NCBI GenBank assembly: GCA_046715035.1
Contig: JBKJZR010000179.1
Location: 1 to 56,387 of the forward strand
Length of the DNA: 56,387 bases
Direction: 5' to 3'
Origin: Burkholderiales bacterium
GTDB lineage: Bacteria; Pseudomonadota; Gammaproteobacteria; Burkholderiales; SG8-41
In this document: positions 32,774-43,969 of the stretch, piece by piece
Position numbering within the stretch: the first letter of the stretch is position 1
Layout: every line of letters starts with the position of its first letter
The notes under the pieces: generated by a model
Database searches by the model: none
What the model was told of the DNA's origin: nothing
The model's input: the letters and a program-made list of their open reading frames with translations, nothing else
Translations under genes and position numbers: made by a program

Positions 32774-34777
32774 ATGGGTAGCCGTCCCGACCTCACCAAC
32801 GCGCTGCGCGCGCTCGCGATGGATGCCGTGCAAAAGGCCAATTCGGGTCATCCTGGCATGCCCATGGGCATGGCCGAAATCGGGGAAGTCCTGTGGAATC
32901 GTCACCTGCGGCACAACCCGGCTGATCCGCAATGGTTCGACCGCGATCGTTTCGTCGTGTCGAATGGCCATGGCTCGATGTTGCTCTACGCGTTGCTGCA
33001 TCTTACCGGCTACGATCTGCCGCTCGCCGAGATCAAGCGCTTCCGCCAGCTTCACTCGAAGACGCCCGGACATCCTGAATACGGCCTCACGCCGGGCGTG
33101 GAAACGACCACCGGCCCGCTCGGCCAAGGCATCGCCAACGCGGTTGGCATGGCGCTTGCCGAAAGTCTGCTTGCGGCCGAGTTCAACCGCTCCGGCCACG
33201 CGATCATCGATCATCATACCTACGTGTTCCTCGGCGACGGCTGCCTCATGGAGGGGATTTCTCACGAGGCATGCTCGCTCGCAGGCACGTTGGGACTCGG
33301 CAAGCTGATCGCGTTCTACGACGACAATGGCATCTCGATCGACGGCGAGGTGCGCGGCTGGTTTACGGACAACACGCCGCAGCGGTTCGAGTCGTATGGG
33401 TGGCAGGTGGTGCCAGACATCGACGGGCACGATGCCGGCGCGGTCGAAGCCGCGCTAAACACCGCGCGTGCGCAAAGCGACCGGCCGAGCCTGATTTGTT
33501 GCAAGACCATCATCGGCAAAGGCGCGCCCAACAAGCAGGGCACGGCCGACACGCACGGCGCCGCACTCGGCGAAAAAGAGGTTGCGGCAACCCGCGCCCA
33601 CATCGGCTGGCCGCACGCGCCATTCGAGATACCGGAGGCGGTTTATGCCGGCTGGGACCAGCGCGAGCGCGGGCGCGCGGCGCAGGCGGCCTGGAACGCG
33701 CGCTTTGCCGAGTACGCCGCAGCGCATCCCGATCTGGCGCGTGAGTTGCGCCGCCGCATCGCCGGCGATCTCCCGTCCACTTTCGACGCCGATCTCGCGG
33801 CCGTCATCGAAAACGCCCAGTCCAAGGCTGAAACGGTGGCTAGCCGGAAAGCCTCGCAGCTCGTGCTCGCGCAGCTCGCGCCCAGGCTGCCCGAGCTGAT
33901 CGGCGGCTCCGCCGATCTGATGGGGAGCGTCTTCACCAACTGGCCGGGAAGCAAAGTGGTCGCGCGTCACCACGCCGGCAACATCATCAACTTTGGCGTG
34001 CGCGAGTTCGCGATGGCAGCGGTCACCAACGGATTAGCGGTGCACGGCGGCTATATCCCCGAGACGGGGACCTTTCTGACGTTCTCCGACTACTCGCGCA
34101 ATGCGCTGCGCATGGCCTCGCTGATGAAGCTGCGCAATATTTTCGTGTTCACGCACGATTCGATCGGGCTCGGCGAAGACGGACCGACGCACCAGGCCGT
34201 TGAGCACATCTCCAGCCTGCGACTGATACCCGGGATGTCGGTATGGCGTCCCTGCGACACGGTCGAAACCGCCGTCGCATGGGGCGCCGCCCTGCGGCGC
34301 AGTGACGGGCCCACCTGCCTGATACTCACCCGCCAGAACGTGGCGTTTCAGCAGCGCACTGCACAGCAGATCGCCGACATCGCGCGCGGCGGCTACGTGC
34401 TCGCCGATGCGGCCGGGGCCGCATTGCGCGTCGTCTTTATCGCTACCGGGTCGGAAGTACCGCTCGCCATGGCGGCGCGCGCGCATCTCGAACACCACGG
34501 CATCGCCGCGCGTGTCGTGTCGATGCCATGCACGTCGGTGTTCGACGCGCAGGACGCGGCATATCGGGCAGCGGTATTGCCGCCGGGCGTCCCGCGGGTG
34601 GCGATCGAGGCCGGCGTCACGGATTTCTGGCGCAAATACGTCGGCGCCATCGACTCAGGGTCTGGCGCCGTGGTCGGCATCGACCGCTTCGGCGAGTCCG
34701 CGCCGGCCGGCGAGTTGTTCGAATATTTCGGGTTCACGGTCGAGAACGTCGTCAGCGCCGCGCGCAGCGTGTTGTAG
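32774..34777 (+). CDS. tkt: Transketolase
   Basis: 667-aa ORF with [24 protein letters not shown] and the ThDP motif [13 protein letters not shown]. Confidence 0.97.
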   Translation: MGSRPDLTNALRALAMDAVQKANSGHPGMPMGMAEIGEVLWNRHLRHNPADPQWFDRDRFVVSNGHGSMLLYALLHLTGYDLPLAEIKRFRQLHSKTPGHPEYGLTPGVETTTGPLGQGIANAVGMALAESLLAAEFNRSGHAIIDHHTYVFLGDGCLMEGISHEACSLAGTLGLGKLIAFYDDNGISIDGEVRGWFTDNTPQRFESYGWQVVPDIDGHDAGAVEAALNTARAQSDRPSLICCKTIIGKGAPNKQGTADTHGAALGEKEVAATRAHIGWPHAPFEIPEAVYAGWDQRERGRAAQAAWNARFAEYAAAHPDLARELRRRIAGDLPSTFDADLAAVIENAQSKAETVASRKASQLVLAQLAPRLPELIGGSADLMGSVFTNWPGSKVVARHHAGNIINFGVREFAMAAVTNGLAVHGGYIPETGTFLTFSDYSRNALRMASLMKLRNIFVFTHDSIGLGEDGPTHQAVEHISSLRLIPGMSVWRPCDTVETAVAWGAALRRSDGPTCLILTRQNVAFQQRTAQQIADIARGGYVLADAAGAALRVVFIATGSEVPLAMAARAHLEHHGIAARVVSMPCTSVFDAQDAAYRAAVLPPGVPRVAIEAGVTDFWRKYVGAIDSGSGAVVGIDRFGESAPAGELFEYFGFTVENVVSAARSVL

Positions 34778-34823
34778 CGCAGGAGCGACAGGGGCACCCA
34801 AAGCGGAATTTCCGGAGAGCTAA

Positions 34824-35837
34824 ATGACCATCAAAGTCGCAATCAATGGCTATGGCCGCATCGGCCGCAACATCCTTCGCGCACATTACGAAGCGGGAAA
34901 AAAACACGATCTCCAGATCGTCGCCATCAACGATCTGGGCAACGCCGAGACCAACGCCCACCTGACGCGCTACGACACGGCGCACGGCAGATTCAACGGC
35001 ACGGTGGCAGTGGAAGGCGATGCGATGGTCGTCAATGGCGACAAGATCAAGGTGCAGGCCCAACGCAATCCTGCGGAGCTGCCGTGGGCCGCGTTGGGCG
35101 TCGATCTCGTCCTCGAATGCACCGGCCTCTTTACGAGCAAGGAGAAGGCGGGCGCGCATCTCAAAGGAGGCGCAAAGAAGGTGATCATCTCCGCGCCGGG
35201 CGGCAAAGACGTCGACGCGACGATCGTATACGGTGTCAACCACAATTCGCTCAAAGCCAGCGACACGGTGATCTCGAATGCGTCGTGCACGACGAACTGC
35301 CTCGCGCCGATGGTCAAGGCGCTGCACGACAGGATCGGCGTCGTGCAGGGACTGATGACGACCGTGCATTCCTATACCAACGATCAGGTGCTGACCGATG
35401 TCTATCACGAGGACCTGCGGCGCGCGCGTTCGGCGACGATGTCGATGATCCCCACCAAGACCGGCGCGGCAGCCGCGGTCGGGCTGGTGCTGCCCGAGCT
35501 CAATGGCAAGCTCGACGGCTTCGCGGTGCGCGTGCCGACCATCAACGTATCGCTCGTCGACCTGGTTTTTACCGCGGCCCGCGCGACTTCCGTCGAGGAG
35601 GTGAACGCGGTGATGAAAGCTGCTGCGACGGGCGATCTCAAGGGGATACTCGAGTACAGCGACGGGCCGCTCGTGTCGGTGGATTTCAATCACAATCCCG
35701 CGTCGAGCATATTCGACGCGACGCTGACCAAGGTGACCGGCGGCACGCTGGTAAAAGCGTTGTCGTGGTACGACAACGAATGGGGATTTTCCAACCGCAT
35801 GCTCGATGTCGCGGTGGCGCTGATGAACGCAAAGTAA
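34824..35837 (+). CDS. gap: Glyceraldehyde-3-phosphate dehydrogenase
   Basis: 337-aa ORF with [10 protein letters not shown] and the active site [12 protein letters not shown]. Confidence 0.97.
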   Translation: MTIKVAINGYGRIGRNILRAHYEAGKKHDLQIVAINDLGNAETNAHLTRYDTAHGRFNGTVAVEGDAMVVNGDKIKVQAQRNPAELPWAALGVDLVLECTGLFTSKEKAGAHLKGGAKKVIISAPGGKDVDATIVYGVNHNSLKASDTVISNASCTTNCLAPMVKALHDRIGVVQGLMTTVHSYTNDQVLTDVYHEDLRRARSATMSMIPTKTGAAAAVGLVLPELNGKLDGFAVRVPTINVSLVDLVFTAARATSVEEVNAVMKAAATGDLKGILEYSDGPLVSVDFNHNPASSIFDATLTKVTGGTLVKALSWYDNEWGFSNRMLDVAVALMNAK

Positions 35838-35910
35838 CGCTCAGCCATCAGCGTTCAGCGAATTCACGGGTTGACGGCCGAAGCTGATCGCTCAGACAGG
35901 AATGCGCAAC

Positions 35911-37131
35911 ATGGCAGTGCTGAAGATGACCGACCTGGACCTCGCCGGCAAGCGGGTGTTCATACGCGCTGATCTCAACGTGCCGCAGGATGCCGGGGGT
36001 GGGATTACGGACGACACCCGCATCCGTGCATCGGTGCCGGCGATCCGGCAGGCGCTGCAAGCGCGCGCTGCGGTGATGGTCACGTCGCATCTGGGCCGGC
36101 CTGCCGAGGGCACCCTCAGGCCGGAGGACTCACTCGCTCCCGTCGCCCGACGCATGAGCGAGTTGCTCGGCATCGCGTTGCCGCTGGTGCGCGACTGGGT
36201 GGGCGGCGTGGACGTCGAGCCGGGTGCCGTCGTAATGCTGGAAAACTGCCGTGGCAATAAAGGCGAGAAAAAGAACGACGACGGTCTCGCACGCAAAATG
36301 GCGGCGCTGTGCGATGTTTATGTGAACGACGCTTTCGGAACCGCGCACCGCGCCGAGGCGACCACCCATGGCATCGCCAGGTACGCGCCGGTCGCCTGCG
36401 CGGGGCCTTTGCTGGCCGCCGAACTCGAAGCCCTCGGCAAGGCGCTGGAACAGCCGCGGCGGCCACTCGTGGCCATTGTAGGAGGCTCCAAAGTCTCAAC
36501 CAAGCTCACAGCGCTGAAAACGCTTGCGCAGAAGGTCGATCAGCTGATCGTCGGCGGCGGTATCGCCAATACCTTCCTGCTTGCTGCGGGGCACCGAATT
36601 GGCAAGTCACTGGCTGAGCCCACGCTGCTGCAGGAAGCCAGGGACATCATCACCGCGACCGAAGCCAAGGGCGGCGCCGTGCCGCTGCCGGTCGACGTCG
36701 TTTGCGGCAAGGAGCTTTCGTCGCATGCGCAGGCCGCGCTGAAGCCGGTGACCGAAGTGGCAGACGACGACATGATCCTCGATATCGGGCCCAGATCGAG
36801 CGAGGATCTGGCCCGCATCCTCGGGCACGCCGCCACCATAGTCTGGAACGGGCCGCTGGGCGTGTTCGAGTTCGACCAGTTTGGCGCCGGCACGGCGCGC
36901 ATCGCGCGCGCGATCGCCGAATCGAAAGCGTTTTCCATCGCCGGCGGCGGCGACACGCTCGCCGCGGTCGCCAAATACGGCATCACCGAGCGCGTCTCCT
37001 ATATTTCCACGGGAGGTGGAGCTTTCCTGGAATTTCTCGAAGGCAAAGAGTTGCCTGCCGTGGCGATCCTCGAGGAGCGCGCCCGGCAGTTTCGGGACGC
37101 GACGCCTGCGGGCGCCGCGAAGCCATCCTAG
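35911..37131 (+). CDS. pgk: Phosphoglycerate kinase
   Basis: [26 protein letters not shown] prefer the ATG at 35911 (AGGA lies 10 nt upstream) over the track start at 35902. Confidence 0.96.
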   Translation: MAVLKMTDLDLAGKRVFIRADLNVPQDAGGGITDDTRIRASVPAIRQALQARAAVMVTSHLGRPAEGTLRPEDSLAPVARRMSELLGIALPLVRDWVGGVDVEPGAVVMLENCRGNKGEKKNDDGLARKMAALCDVYVNDAFGTAHRAEATTHGIARYAPVACAGPLLAAELEALGKALEQPRRPLVAIVGGSKVSTKLTALKTLAQKVDQLIVGGGIANTFLLAAGHRIGKSLAEPTLLQEARDIITATEAKGGAVPLPVDVVCGKELSSHAQAALKPVTEVADDDMILDIGPRSSEDLARILGHAATIVWNGPLGVFEFDQFGAGTARIARAIAESKAFSIAGGGDTLAAVAKYGITERVSYISTGGGAFLEFLEGKELPAVAILEERARQFRDATPAGAAKPS

Positions 37132-37158
37132 TCACGCCCGCGCCGGCCATCCCGCTTC

Positions 37159-38586
37159 ATGTTCAGACGCACCAAGATCGTTGCCACGCTGGGCCCCGCA
37201 TCGAGCGATAGAAAGACGCTGACGCGCATGATCGATGCAGGTCTCGATGTCGTGCGCATGAATTTCTCGCATGGGACGGCAAACGAGCACATCGAGCGCG
37301 TCGAGCTGGTGCGCGAGATAGCGCGTAAGGCGAGCCGGGCGGTCGGGGTGCTCGTGGATCTGCAGGGCCCCAAGATCCGCATCGGCCGTTTCCGGAACGA
37401 CCGCATCACGCTGGCCAAGGGCGATGCGTTCGTGCTGGATGCCAACTGCGAGCTTGGCGACGCCACCCGCGTAGGCCTGGATTACAAAAATTTGCCGCAC
37501 GATGTCACGCCGGGCGACACGCTGCTGCTCGACGATGGGCGCGTCGTGCTCGCAGTCAATGCTGTGAAGGGCGCGTCCATCCATTGTCTCGTCGAGCAGG
37601 GCGGCGTGCTTTCCAACAACAAAGGCATCAACCGCAAGGGAGGCGGCTTGACCGCACCTGCGCTCACCGACAAGGATATGCAGGACATCAAGACCGCGGC
37701 GCATCTCAAAGCCGACTATCTCGCGGTGTCGTTCCCGCGCTCCGGTGCCGACATGCAGTGGGCGCGCGACTTGATGCTCAAAGCGGGCGGCAGGAGCATG
37801 CTCTGCGCCAAGATCGAGCGGGCCGAGGCGATACCGGCGCTCGAGGAGATCGTCGACGCGTCGGACGCGATCATGGTCGCGCGTGGCGACCTCGCCGTCG
37901 AAGTCGGCGACGCGGTGGTGCCTGCGCTGCAAAAACGCATGATACGCATCGCCAGAGAGCGCAACAGGCTGGTGATCACGGCGACACAGATGATGGAATC
38001 GATGATCGACAATCCGATTCCCACGCGCGCCGAGGTGTCGGACGTCGCCAACGCCGTACTCGATGGCACGGACGCCGTGATGCTTTCGGCCGAGACTGCA
38101 ACCGGCAAGTACCCGGTCGAGACCGTCGCCGCCATGGCGCGGGTCTGCCTCGAGGCGGAAAAGGAAGATGCATTCATCGCCGAGCGCAGCCGCGAAGGCC
38201 GGCCCGCGGGGATCGAGGAGGCGATCGCCCGCGCCACCATCTTTACTGCCAAGAGCCTCGACATCAGGGCCGTCGCAGCGCTCACGCAGAGCGGCAAGAC
38301 AGCGCTGCTCATGTCGCGCATGAACTCCCACGTGTCCATTTACGCATTGTCCTCGGTGGTCGAAACCCGCCGCCGCGTCACCCTGTTCCGCGGCGTCTAT
38401 CCGGTCAACTTCAAAGGCGCGCGCGATCCGGAACGGGCGTTGAACATGGCAGAGGACGAGCTGCTCAAACGTGGCGCGGTGAAGATCGGCGACTACATCA
38501 TCCTCACCATCGGCGAGCCCTTTGGCAAAGCCGGCGGCACCAACACGATGAAGATCGTCAAAGTCGGCGAGCATCGGCGTTCGTGA
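37159..38586 (+). CDS. pyk: Pyruvate kinase
   Basis: 475-aa ORF with TKIVATLGPAS, MNFSHG and MVARGDLAVE motifs. The last 7 codons lie inside the tandem repeat described below. Confidence 0.96.
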   Translation: MFRRTKIVATLGPASSDRKTLTRMIDAGLDVVRMNFSHGTANEHIERVELVREIARKASRAVGVLVDLQGPKIRIGRFRNDRITLAKGDAFVLDANCELGDATRVGLDYKNLPHDVTPGDTLLLDDGRVVLAVNAVKGASIHCLVEQGGVLSNNKGINRKGGGLTAPALTDKDMQDIKTAAHLKADYLAVSFPRSGADMQWARDLMLKAGGRSMLCAKIERAEAIPALEEIVDASDAIMVARGDLAVEVGDAVVPALQKRMIRIARERNRLVITATQMMESMIDNPIPTRAEVSDVANAVLDGTDAVMLSAETATGKYPVETVAAMARVCLEAEKEDAFIAERSREGRPAGIEEAIARATIFTAKSLDIRAVAALTQSGKTALLMSRMNSHVSIYALSSVVETRRRVTLFRGVYPVNFKGARDPERALNMAEDELLKRGAVKIGDYIILTIGEPFGKAGGTNTMKIVKVGEHRRS

Positions 38587-38790
38587 TGCGAGGGGACGGA
38601 CGATCTGGGCGAGGCTAACTTGCACGGGCAAGTTAAGCGTGAGCGGCCGAGACCAAGATCCGCCGGGCGAGCATCGGCGTTCGTGATGCGAGGGGACGGG
38701 CGATCTGGGGCGAGACTAACTTGGACGGGCAAGTTAAGCGCGAGCGGCCGAGACCAAGATCCGCGCGGCGAGCATCGGCGGTCGTAAGCG
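38566..38790. repeat. Tandem repeat of about 100 bp, roughly 2.2 copies, each unit carrying a hairpin
   Basis: Units start at 38566, 38666 and 38767 (the last is partial) with GGCGAGCATCGGCG(T/G)TCGT. The periods are 100 and 101 nt and the copies differ at only a few positions. Each unit contains an inner hairpin TAACTTGC-ACGG-GCAAGTTA. Confidence 0.9.
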
Positions 38791-38900
38791 AAACCGCAAT
38801 AGGCAAACCTCGCGGACCGACGGTAGAATGGCGTCCCCCCCGCTCTGCCGGGCGGGCCGCCCCGATCGGCGAAGCGGTATGACTGGAACAGGAGAGATAT

Positions 38901-39932
38901 ATGTATGAACGCGAACTGGCAGCCGCCGCAGCGGCGCTTGTAGCGCCGGGCAAAGGCATACTCGCCATCGACGAGTCGAGCGGCACGATCAAGAAACGCT
39001 TCGACACGATCAACCTCGAATCGACGGTGGAAAACCGCCGCGCGTACCGCGACCTGCTCATCACCGCAAGCGGCCTCTCGCAATTCATCAGCGGCATGAT
39101 TCTCTACGATGAAACGATCAAGCAGAAAGCTGCCGACGGCAGACCTTTTCCGGAAGTGTTGGCCAAGAACGGCATCCTGACCGGCATCAAAGTGGACGCA
39201 GGCGCCAAACCGCTCGCCGGCGCTCAGGGCGAGACGGTCACCGAAGGACTCGATGGACTGCGCGAGCGCCTCGTCGAGTATAAGAAGCTGGGCGCAACGT
39301 TCGCGAAATGGCGCGCGGTCATCACGATCGACAAGAATCTCCCGAGTGCCAATTGCATCGAAGTCAACGCCCACGCGCTCGCGCGTTACGCGGCGTTATG
39401 CCAGGAAGCAGGCATCGTTCCGATCGTCGAACCCGAAGTGCTGATGGACGGCACCCATACGCTCGAAAGGTCTTACGAAATCACGGAGCAAACCCTGATC
39501 GAGGTGTTTCACGAGCTCTATCGTCAGCGCGTGCGCGTCGAGCACCTGGTGCTCAAGGCCAGCATGGTGATCGCCGGGAAGGACTGCCCCCAGCAGGCGA
39601 ACGTCCAGCAGGTCGCCGACGCAACGGTCCGGTGTCTGCTGCGCACCGTGCCCGCTGCCGTGCCCGGCATTGTGTTTCTCTCGGGCGGGCAAAGCGACGA
39701 GCTCGCGACCGCCCACCTCAATGCGATGAATGCGGCTGGCAAGACTGTGCCATGGCCGTTATCGTTTTCGTACGGACGCGCCCTGCAGGCGCCTGCACTT
39801 AAATCGTGGCAAGGACAGCCCGGCAATGTGGCCGCCGCGCAGAAAGCGCTCCACCATCGCGCCAAGTGCAACAGCGCCGCGTGTTTCGGGCGCTACAAGC
39901 CGGAAATGGAGCGGGAATCGCTCGCCGCGTAA
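38901..39932 (+). CDS. fba: Class I (Schiff-base, eukaryote-type) fructose-bisphosphate aldolase
   Basis: 343-aa ORF that is collinear with animal and plant aldolases: PGKGILAIDES, GIKVD.G, GLDGL.ER, FAKWR, IVPIVEPEV, LLK-type Schiff-base lysine region (VLKASMV), FLSGGQS and LSFSYGRALQ. Confidence 0.95.
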   Translation: MYERELAAAAAALVAPGKGILAIDESSGTIKKRFDTINLESTVENRRAYRDLLITASGLSQFISGMILYDETIKQKAADGRPFPEVLAKNGILTGIKVDAGAKPLAGAQGETVTEGLDGLRERLVEYKKLGATFAKWRAVITIDKNLPSANCIEVNAHALARYAALCQEAGIVPIVEPEVLMDGTHTLERSYEITEQTLIEVFHELYRQRVRVEHLVLKASMVIAGKDCPQQANVQQVADATVRCLLRTVPAAVPGIVFLSGGQSDELATAHLNAMNAAGKTVPWPLSFSYGRALQAPALKSWQGQPGNVAAAQKALHHRAKCNSAACFGRYKPEMERESLAA

Positions 39933-40108
39933 GCTTCAAGACAGCAACTTGGACTACAGTGCCGGGCCTTCTAAATCGGCCCTGGGCGGCGCCGCCGCAA
40001 GTGTAGATTGCCTTTCGGAAACCGGTTATCATGATTTGACTTATAGGACGCCCAGGGCCAACGGCTGGGCGAAAACAACGAATTTTCATCGGTTCGGAGG
40101 GAGTCAAA

Positions 40109-40591
40109 ATGGCACTAAAAATCCAGGATCGGAAGGACCTCAACGCCGGACTGATGTTCATAATCATCGGCGGATTGTTCCTGCTCATCGCCGCCGGCGT
40201 GCCCGGCATCGCGAGCCTTCCAGGCTACTCGATGGGCACGGCGGTGCGCATGGGCCCTGCGTACTTTCCCACGATACTTGGAGGAATTCTGGTCGCGTTG
40301 GGCACGATCGTATTGTTCCGCGCGTTCGCGGTAGAGGGTCCCCCGCCGCCGCCGACGCATTGGCGGCCGCTGTTATGGATATTAGGCTCCGTGATCCTGT
40401 TTGGATTATTGGTGGGCACCGCAGGCATCATCATCGCGACCGCATCCGTCGTGCTGGTCTGCGCGTTCGGCGGTCACGAGTTCTACTGGAAAGAACAGAT
40501 AATCGAGGCGGTCATTCTGTCTTTGGCCGTGGTTGGCATTTTCAGCTGGGGCCTCGGGCTGCCGTTCAAGCTTTGGCCCTGGTCGTTCTGA
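40109..40591 (+). CDS. tctB: Tripartite tricarboxylate transporter small membrane subunit TctB
   Basis: 160-aa protein with four hydrophobic helices, located immediately upstream of tctA. Confidence 0.82.
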   Translation: MALKIQDRKDLNAGLMFIIIGGLFLLIAAGVPGIASLPGYSMGTAVRMGPAYFPTILGGILVALGTIVLFRAFAVEGPPPPPTHWRPLLWILGSVILFGLLVGTAGIIIATASVVLVCAFGGHEFYWKEQIIEAVILSLAVVGIFSWGLGLPFKLWPWSF

Positions 40592-40621
40592 CACCTGACC
40601 TTACGGATAACGGAGCCCGCG

Positions 40622-42136
40622 ATGGACACGAATCTCTTTGCTAACCTAGCTCTCGGCTTTTCGGTGGCCCTGAGCCTGCAGAACCTGATGTATTGTTTTC
40701 TCGGCTGCTTCCTCGGCACGATGATCGGGGTGCTGCCGGGCATCGGACCGGTCGCGACGATCGCCATGCTGCTGCCAATTACGTTCAACCTCCCACCTAC
40801 CCCCGCGCTGATCATGCTGGCGGGTATCTATTACGGGGCGAGTTATGGCGGATCGACGACGGCCATTCTGGTCAACCTGCCCGGCGAGTCGTCATCGGTG
40901 GTGACGTGTATCGATGGTTACCAGATGGGTAAACAGGGGCGCGCCGGGCCGGCGCTGGCCATAGCGGCGATGGGATCGTTCTTTGCCGGGACGGTCGGTA
41001 CGATGTTGATCGCGTTGTTCGGTCCGCCGCTGGCCGAGCTCGCTTTTGAATTCGGCGCCGCCGAATACTTCTCGATGATGATATTGGGCCTGGTCGCGGC
41101 GGTGGTCCTGGCGTCCGGCTCCCTGATCAAGGCGATCGCGATGATCATCCTGGGCCTGCTGCTCGGCCTGGTGGGCACCGATGTCAATTCAGGTATCGCG
41201 CGCTACAGTTTCGGCATCTCCGAGCTGTCGGACGGCATCGGTTTCGTGTCCGTCGCGATGGGCATGTTCGGTTTCGCCGAGATCATCAGCAATCTCGAGC
41301 AACAGAAGACGACCCGCAGCGTGACTTCCAAGGTCGGCAGCCTGATGCCGACCAAGGCAGACTTCAGAATGTCGATCGGGCCGATTCTGCGCGGCACGGC
41401 AATCGGCACGATCTTCGGCATCCTTCCCGGTTCACACACGGTCATCGCGGCGTTCTCGTCGTATACGCTCGAGAAGAAGATTGCGAAGGACCCGTCGCGC
41501 TTCGGCAAAGGCGCGATCGAAGGCGTAGCGGGACCCGAGTCGGCCAACAACGCAGCGGCGCAGACCTGCTTTATTCCGCTGCTGACGCTCGGTATCCCGA
41601 CCGGCGCGGTGATGGCGCTGATGGTGGGCGCGATGACGATTCAGGGCATCGCTCCCGGGCCGCAGGTGATGACGCAGAAACCCGACTTGTTCTGGGGCAT
41701 GATCGCGTCGATGTGGATCGGCAATGGCATGCTCGTCATTCTGAATCTGCCGCTGATCGGGCTGTGGGTGAAGTTCCTGAAGATTCCGTATCGCATACTG
41801 TTCCCCGGCATCTGCCTTTTCTGCTGTATCGGCGCGTATAGCATCAACAACTCGCCGATGGAGGTGTATCTCGCTGCCGGGTTCGGATTCTTCGGTTACT
41901 TTGCCGTCAAATGGGGATGCGAAGCGGCGCCGCTGCTGCTCGGCTTCGTGCTGGGACCGCTGATGGAGGAAAACCTCCGTCGCGCGATGTTGATCTCCCG
42001 CGGCGATCCGAGCGTGTTTTTCACGCGCCCGATCAGCCTGGGAATGCTGCTCGTCGCATTTGCGCTGCTGATCATGATCGTGTTGCCGCAGATTCGCAAA
42101 AAGCGCGAAGAGGTTCTTACCGAAGCAGTCGACTGA
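40622..42136 (+). CDS. tctA: Tripartite tricarboxylate transporter large permease TctA
   Basis: 504-aa polytopic membrane protein with typical TctA sequence ([51 protein letters not shown]). Confidence 0.95.
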   Translation: MDTNLFANLALGFSVALSLQNLMYCFLGCFLGTMIGVLPGIGPVATIAMLLPITFNLPPTPALIMLAGIYYGASYGGSTTAILVNLPGESSSVVTCIDGYQMGKQGRAGPALAIAAMGSFFAGTVGTMLIALFGPPLAELAFEFGAAEYFSMMILGLVAAVVLASGSLIKAIAMIILGLLLGLVGTDVNSGIARYSFGISELSDGIGFVSVAMGMFGFAEIISNLEQQKTTRSVTSKVGSLMPTKADFRMSIGPILRGTAIGTIFGILPGSHTVIAAFSSYTLEKKIAKDPSRFGKGAIEGVAGPESANNAAAQTCFIPLLTLGIPTGAVMALMVGAMTIQGIAPGPQVMTQKPDLFWGMIASMWIGNGMLVILNLPLIGLWVKFLKIPYRILFPGICLFCCIGAYSINNSPMEVYLAAGFGFFGYFAVKWGCEAAPLLLGFVLGPLMEENLRRAMLISRGDPSVFFTRPISLGMLLVAFALLIMIVLPQIRKKREEVLTEAVD

Positions 42137-42160
42137 GCGTTCGTTTCAAGCAATACCTGA

Positions 42161-42193
42161 TTTGCCCCGGACGACCTCCGGGGCAAATTTTTC
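42161..42193 (+). terminator. Rho-independent terminator after tctA
   Basis: An 11-bp perfect stem TTTGCCCCGGA / TCCGGGGCAAA with the loop CGACC, followed by a TTTTT tract. Confidence 0.85.
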
Positions 42194-42245
42194 TGCACTG
42201 CCGTTAGAGCTCCATTCCTCTTGATCCGCCGCGACGGACCGCGCG

Positions 42246-43487
42246 ATGCGCCTGACGCCCCACGAAAAAAAAATGCTCAAGGGTGCCGGCGGGGACGCGG
42301 CCCGACAGGCCCTAGAGCTGCAGATCGAAGTCGGCAAATTCTTCGGCGCCAAGCGCCTCATCCCGGTTTCCAACGTCCACATGATGGGCGATATCGAGGT
42401 CATGGGCGACAGCGGCAAAGCGTTTCTCGAGCGCATGACCCGGCTTAACGCACGCTGCGCCGTGCCGACGACGACCAATGCGCGCTGCATCGATTTCGAC
42501 TACGTGGCGAAGCTCGGACAGGACCCGCGCGAGGCCGCGAAGGAAAAACAGCTGATCGGCTATCTGCGGCAAATGGATGTCATCACTGCCGATACCTGCA
42601 TCAATTATCAGACGCTGTACCAGCCGCACAAGGGCGAGCACGTCGCCTGGGGCGATACTGGCACGGTGATTTACGCGAACTCAGTGTTCGGTGCGCGCAC
42701 CAATTTCGAAGCCGGGCCGGCAGCGCTTGCGGCGGGGATTACGGGGCGCGTCGCCGAGTACGGATTCCATCTCGACCGCCACCGCAGAGGCACTTTCCAG
42801 GTCGAGCTCGCCGCACCTCTGGACGACTTTGCCGACTGGGGCGCGGTCGGCAGGCTCGTGGGTGAAAGCCATCAGGATTATTACGCGGTGCCGGTATTCA
42901 ACGGCATGCGGCGACGTCCCTATGCCGACCAGCTCAAACATCTCGGCGCCGCGCTGGCGAGCCATGGCTCGATGGGCATGTTTCATATGGTCGGGGTCAC
43001 GCCCGAGGCGCCGACCCTGACGGCGGCCTTCGGCGGCGTCAAGCCGAAAGAGAAGATGGTCATCACCCGGCGCGATATCGAGCGCGTCTATGCCGGTTAC
43101 AGCGCTAAAGGCAATCCGCTCAACCTGGTCGTGTTCTCGGGGCCTCAGCAGTCGCTGTTCGAGATGAAACTCCTTGCCGAGCTGCTCGACGGCAAACAGA
43201 TCAGGGCGGGGAGCCACCTGTTCGTCACGACGAGCAATGGCGTGAAAAGCGCGGCGCGGCAGCTCGGCTACCTGCAGCGCATCGAGGCCGCTGGCGGCAT
43301 TGTGCTTGAGGGCGTCTGTTTCTACATCCTGCAGAACATCGCGCAGATCAGAGTGCGCAATGGCTGGAGCAACCTCGTCACCAACTCTGCCAAGCTCGCC
43401 AATATCATCGGCGCACACAAGTTCAACAGTATCCTGCGGCGCACGGCGGACTGCGTGCACATCGCAGTGACCGGGTCTGAACGATGA
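42246..43487 (+). CDS. Aconitase X (AcnX) catalytic large subunit, DUF521 family
   Basis: 413-aa ORF. I recognise the N-terminus MRLTPHEKKMLKGAGGDAARQALELQIEVG...VHMMGD as the DUF521/AcnX family. It is followed, with an ATGA overlap, by the swivel-domain subunit. Confidence 0.82.
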   Translation: MRLTPHEKKMLKGAGGDAARQALELQIEVGKFFGAKRLIPVSNVHMMGDIEVMGDSGKAFLERMTRLNARCAVPTTTNARCIDFDYVAKLGQDPREAAKEKQLIGYLRQMDVITADTCINYQTLYQPHKGEHVAWGDTGTVIYANSVFGARTNFEAGPAALAAGITGRVAEYGFHLDRHRRGTFQVELAAPLDDFADWGAVGRLVGESHQDYYAVPVFNGMRRRPYADQLKHLGAALASHGSMGMFHMVGVTPEAPTLTAAFGGVKPKEKMVITRRDIERVYAGYSAKGNPLNLVVFSGPQQSLFEMKLLAELLDGKQIRAGSHLFVTTSNGVKSAARQLGYLQRIEAAGGIVLEGVCFYILQNIAQIRVRNGWSNLVTNSAKLANIIGAHKFNSILRRTADCVHIAVTGSER

Positions 43488-43960
43488 GCGTTCGACGTCC
43501 CGCGACCGGATTCAGAGTAACGCGGGCGTTCGGTTGCGCTGTCGAGGGTGTGGCGCTCATCTCGCGCGAGGGCTTCAGCCCGCGCTATGACCTCGACCGC
43601 TGGAGCGGAGAGATCTCGCGTCCGGGGCACGCGCTCGAAGGCCACAACCTGAAAGACAAGATCCTGATTACTCCGAGCGCCAAAGGCGGCATTGCCGCGG
43701 GATGGGCTTTTTACGACATCAAGGCCAAGGGGATTGCGCCGCGGGCGTTCATATTCGGCGTGACCAATCCGGTCATGGTGCAGGGCGCGGTGTTCGCGGG
43801 AATCACCATCACCGAAGGATGGTCGCGCGATCCCTACGAGATCGTGACGACCGGCGATCTCGTCCGCGTCGATCCGAGGCGCAGGACCGTCGAGGTGATC
43901 GGTCGGGCGCATGAGCTGCGCATAGAACAGCGAGGCCACGCCCGCTTACCTGGCACATAG
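43484..43960 (+). CDS. Aconitase X swivel-domain small subunit, DUF126 family
   Basis: 158-aa ORF carrying the DUF126-like core LKDKILITPSAKGGIAAGWAFYDIKAKGIAPRAFIFGVTNPVMVQGAVFAGI. Confidence 0.78.
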   Translation: MSVRRPATGFRVTRAFGCAVEGVALISREGFSPRYDLDRWSGEISRPGHALEGHNLKDKILITPSAKGGIAAGWAFYDIKAKGIAPRAFIFGVTNPVMVQGAVFAGITITEGWSRDPYEIVTTGDLVRVDPRRRTVEVIGRAHELRIEQRGHARLPGT

Positions 43961-43969
43961 CGTGGAGGC

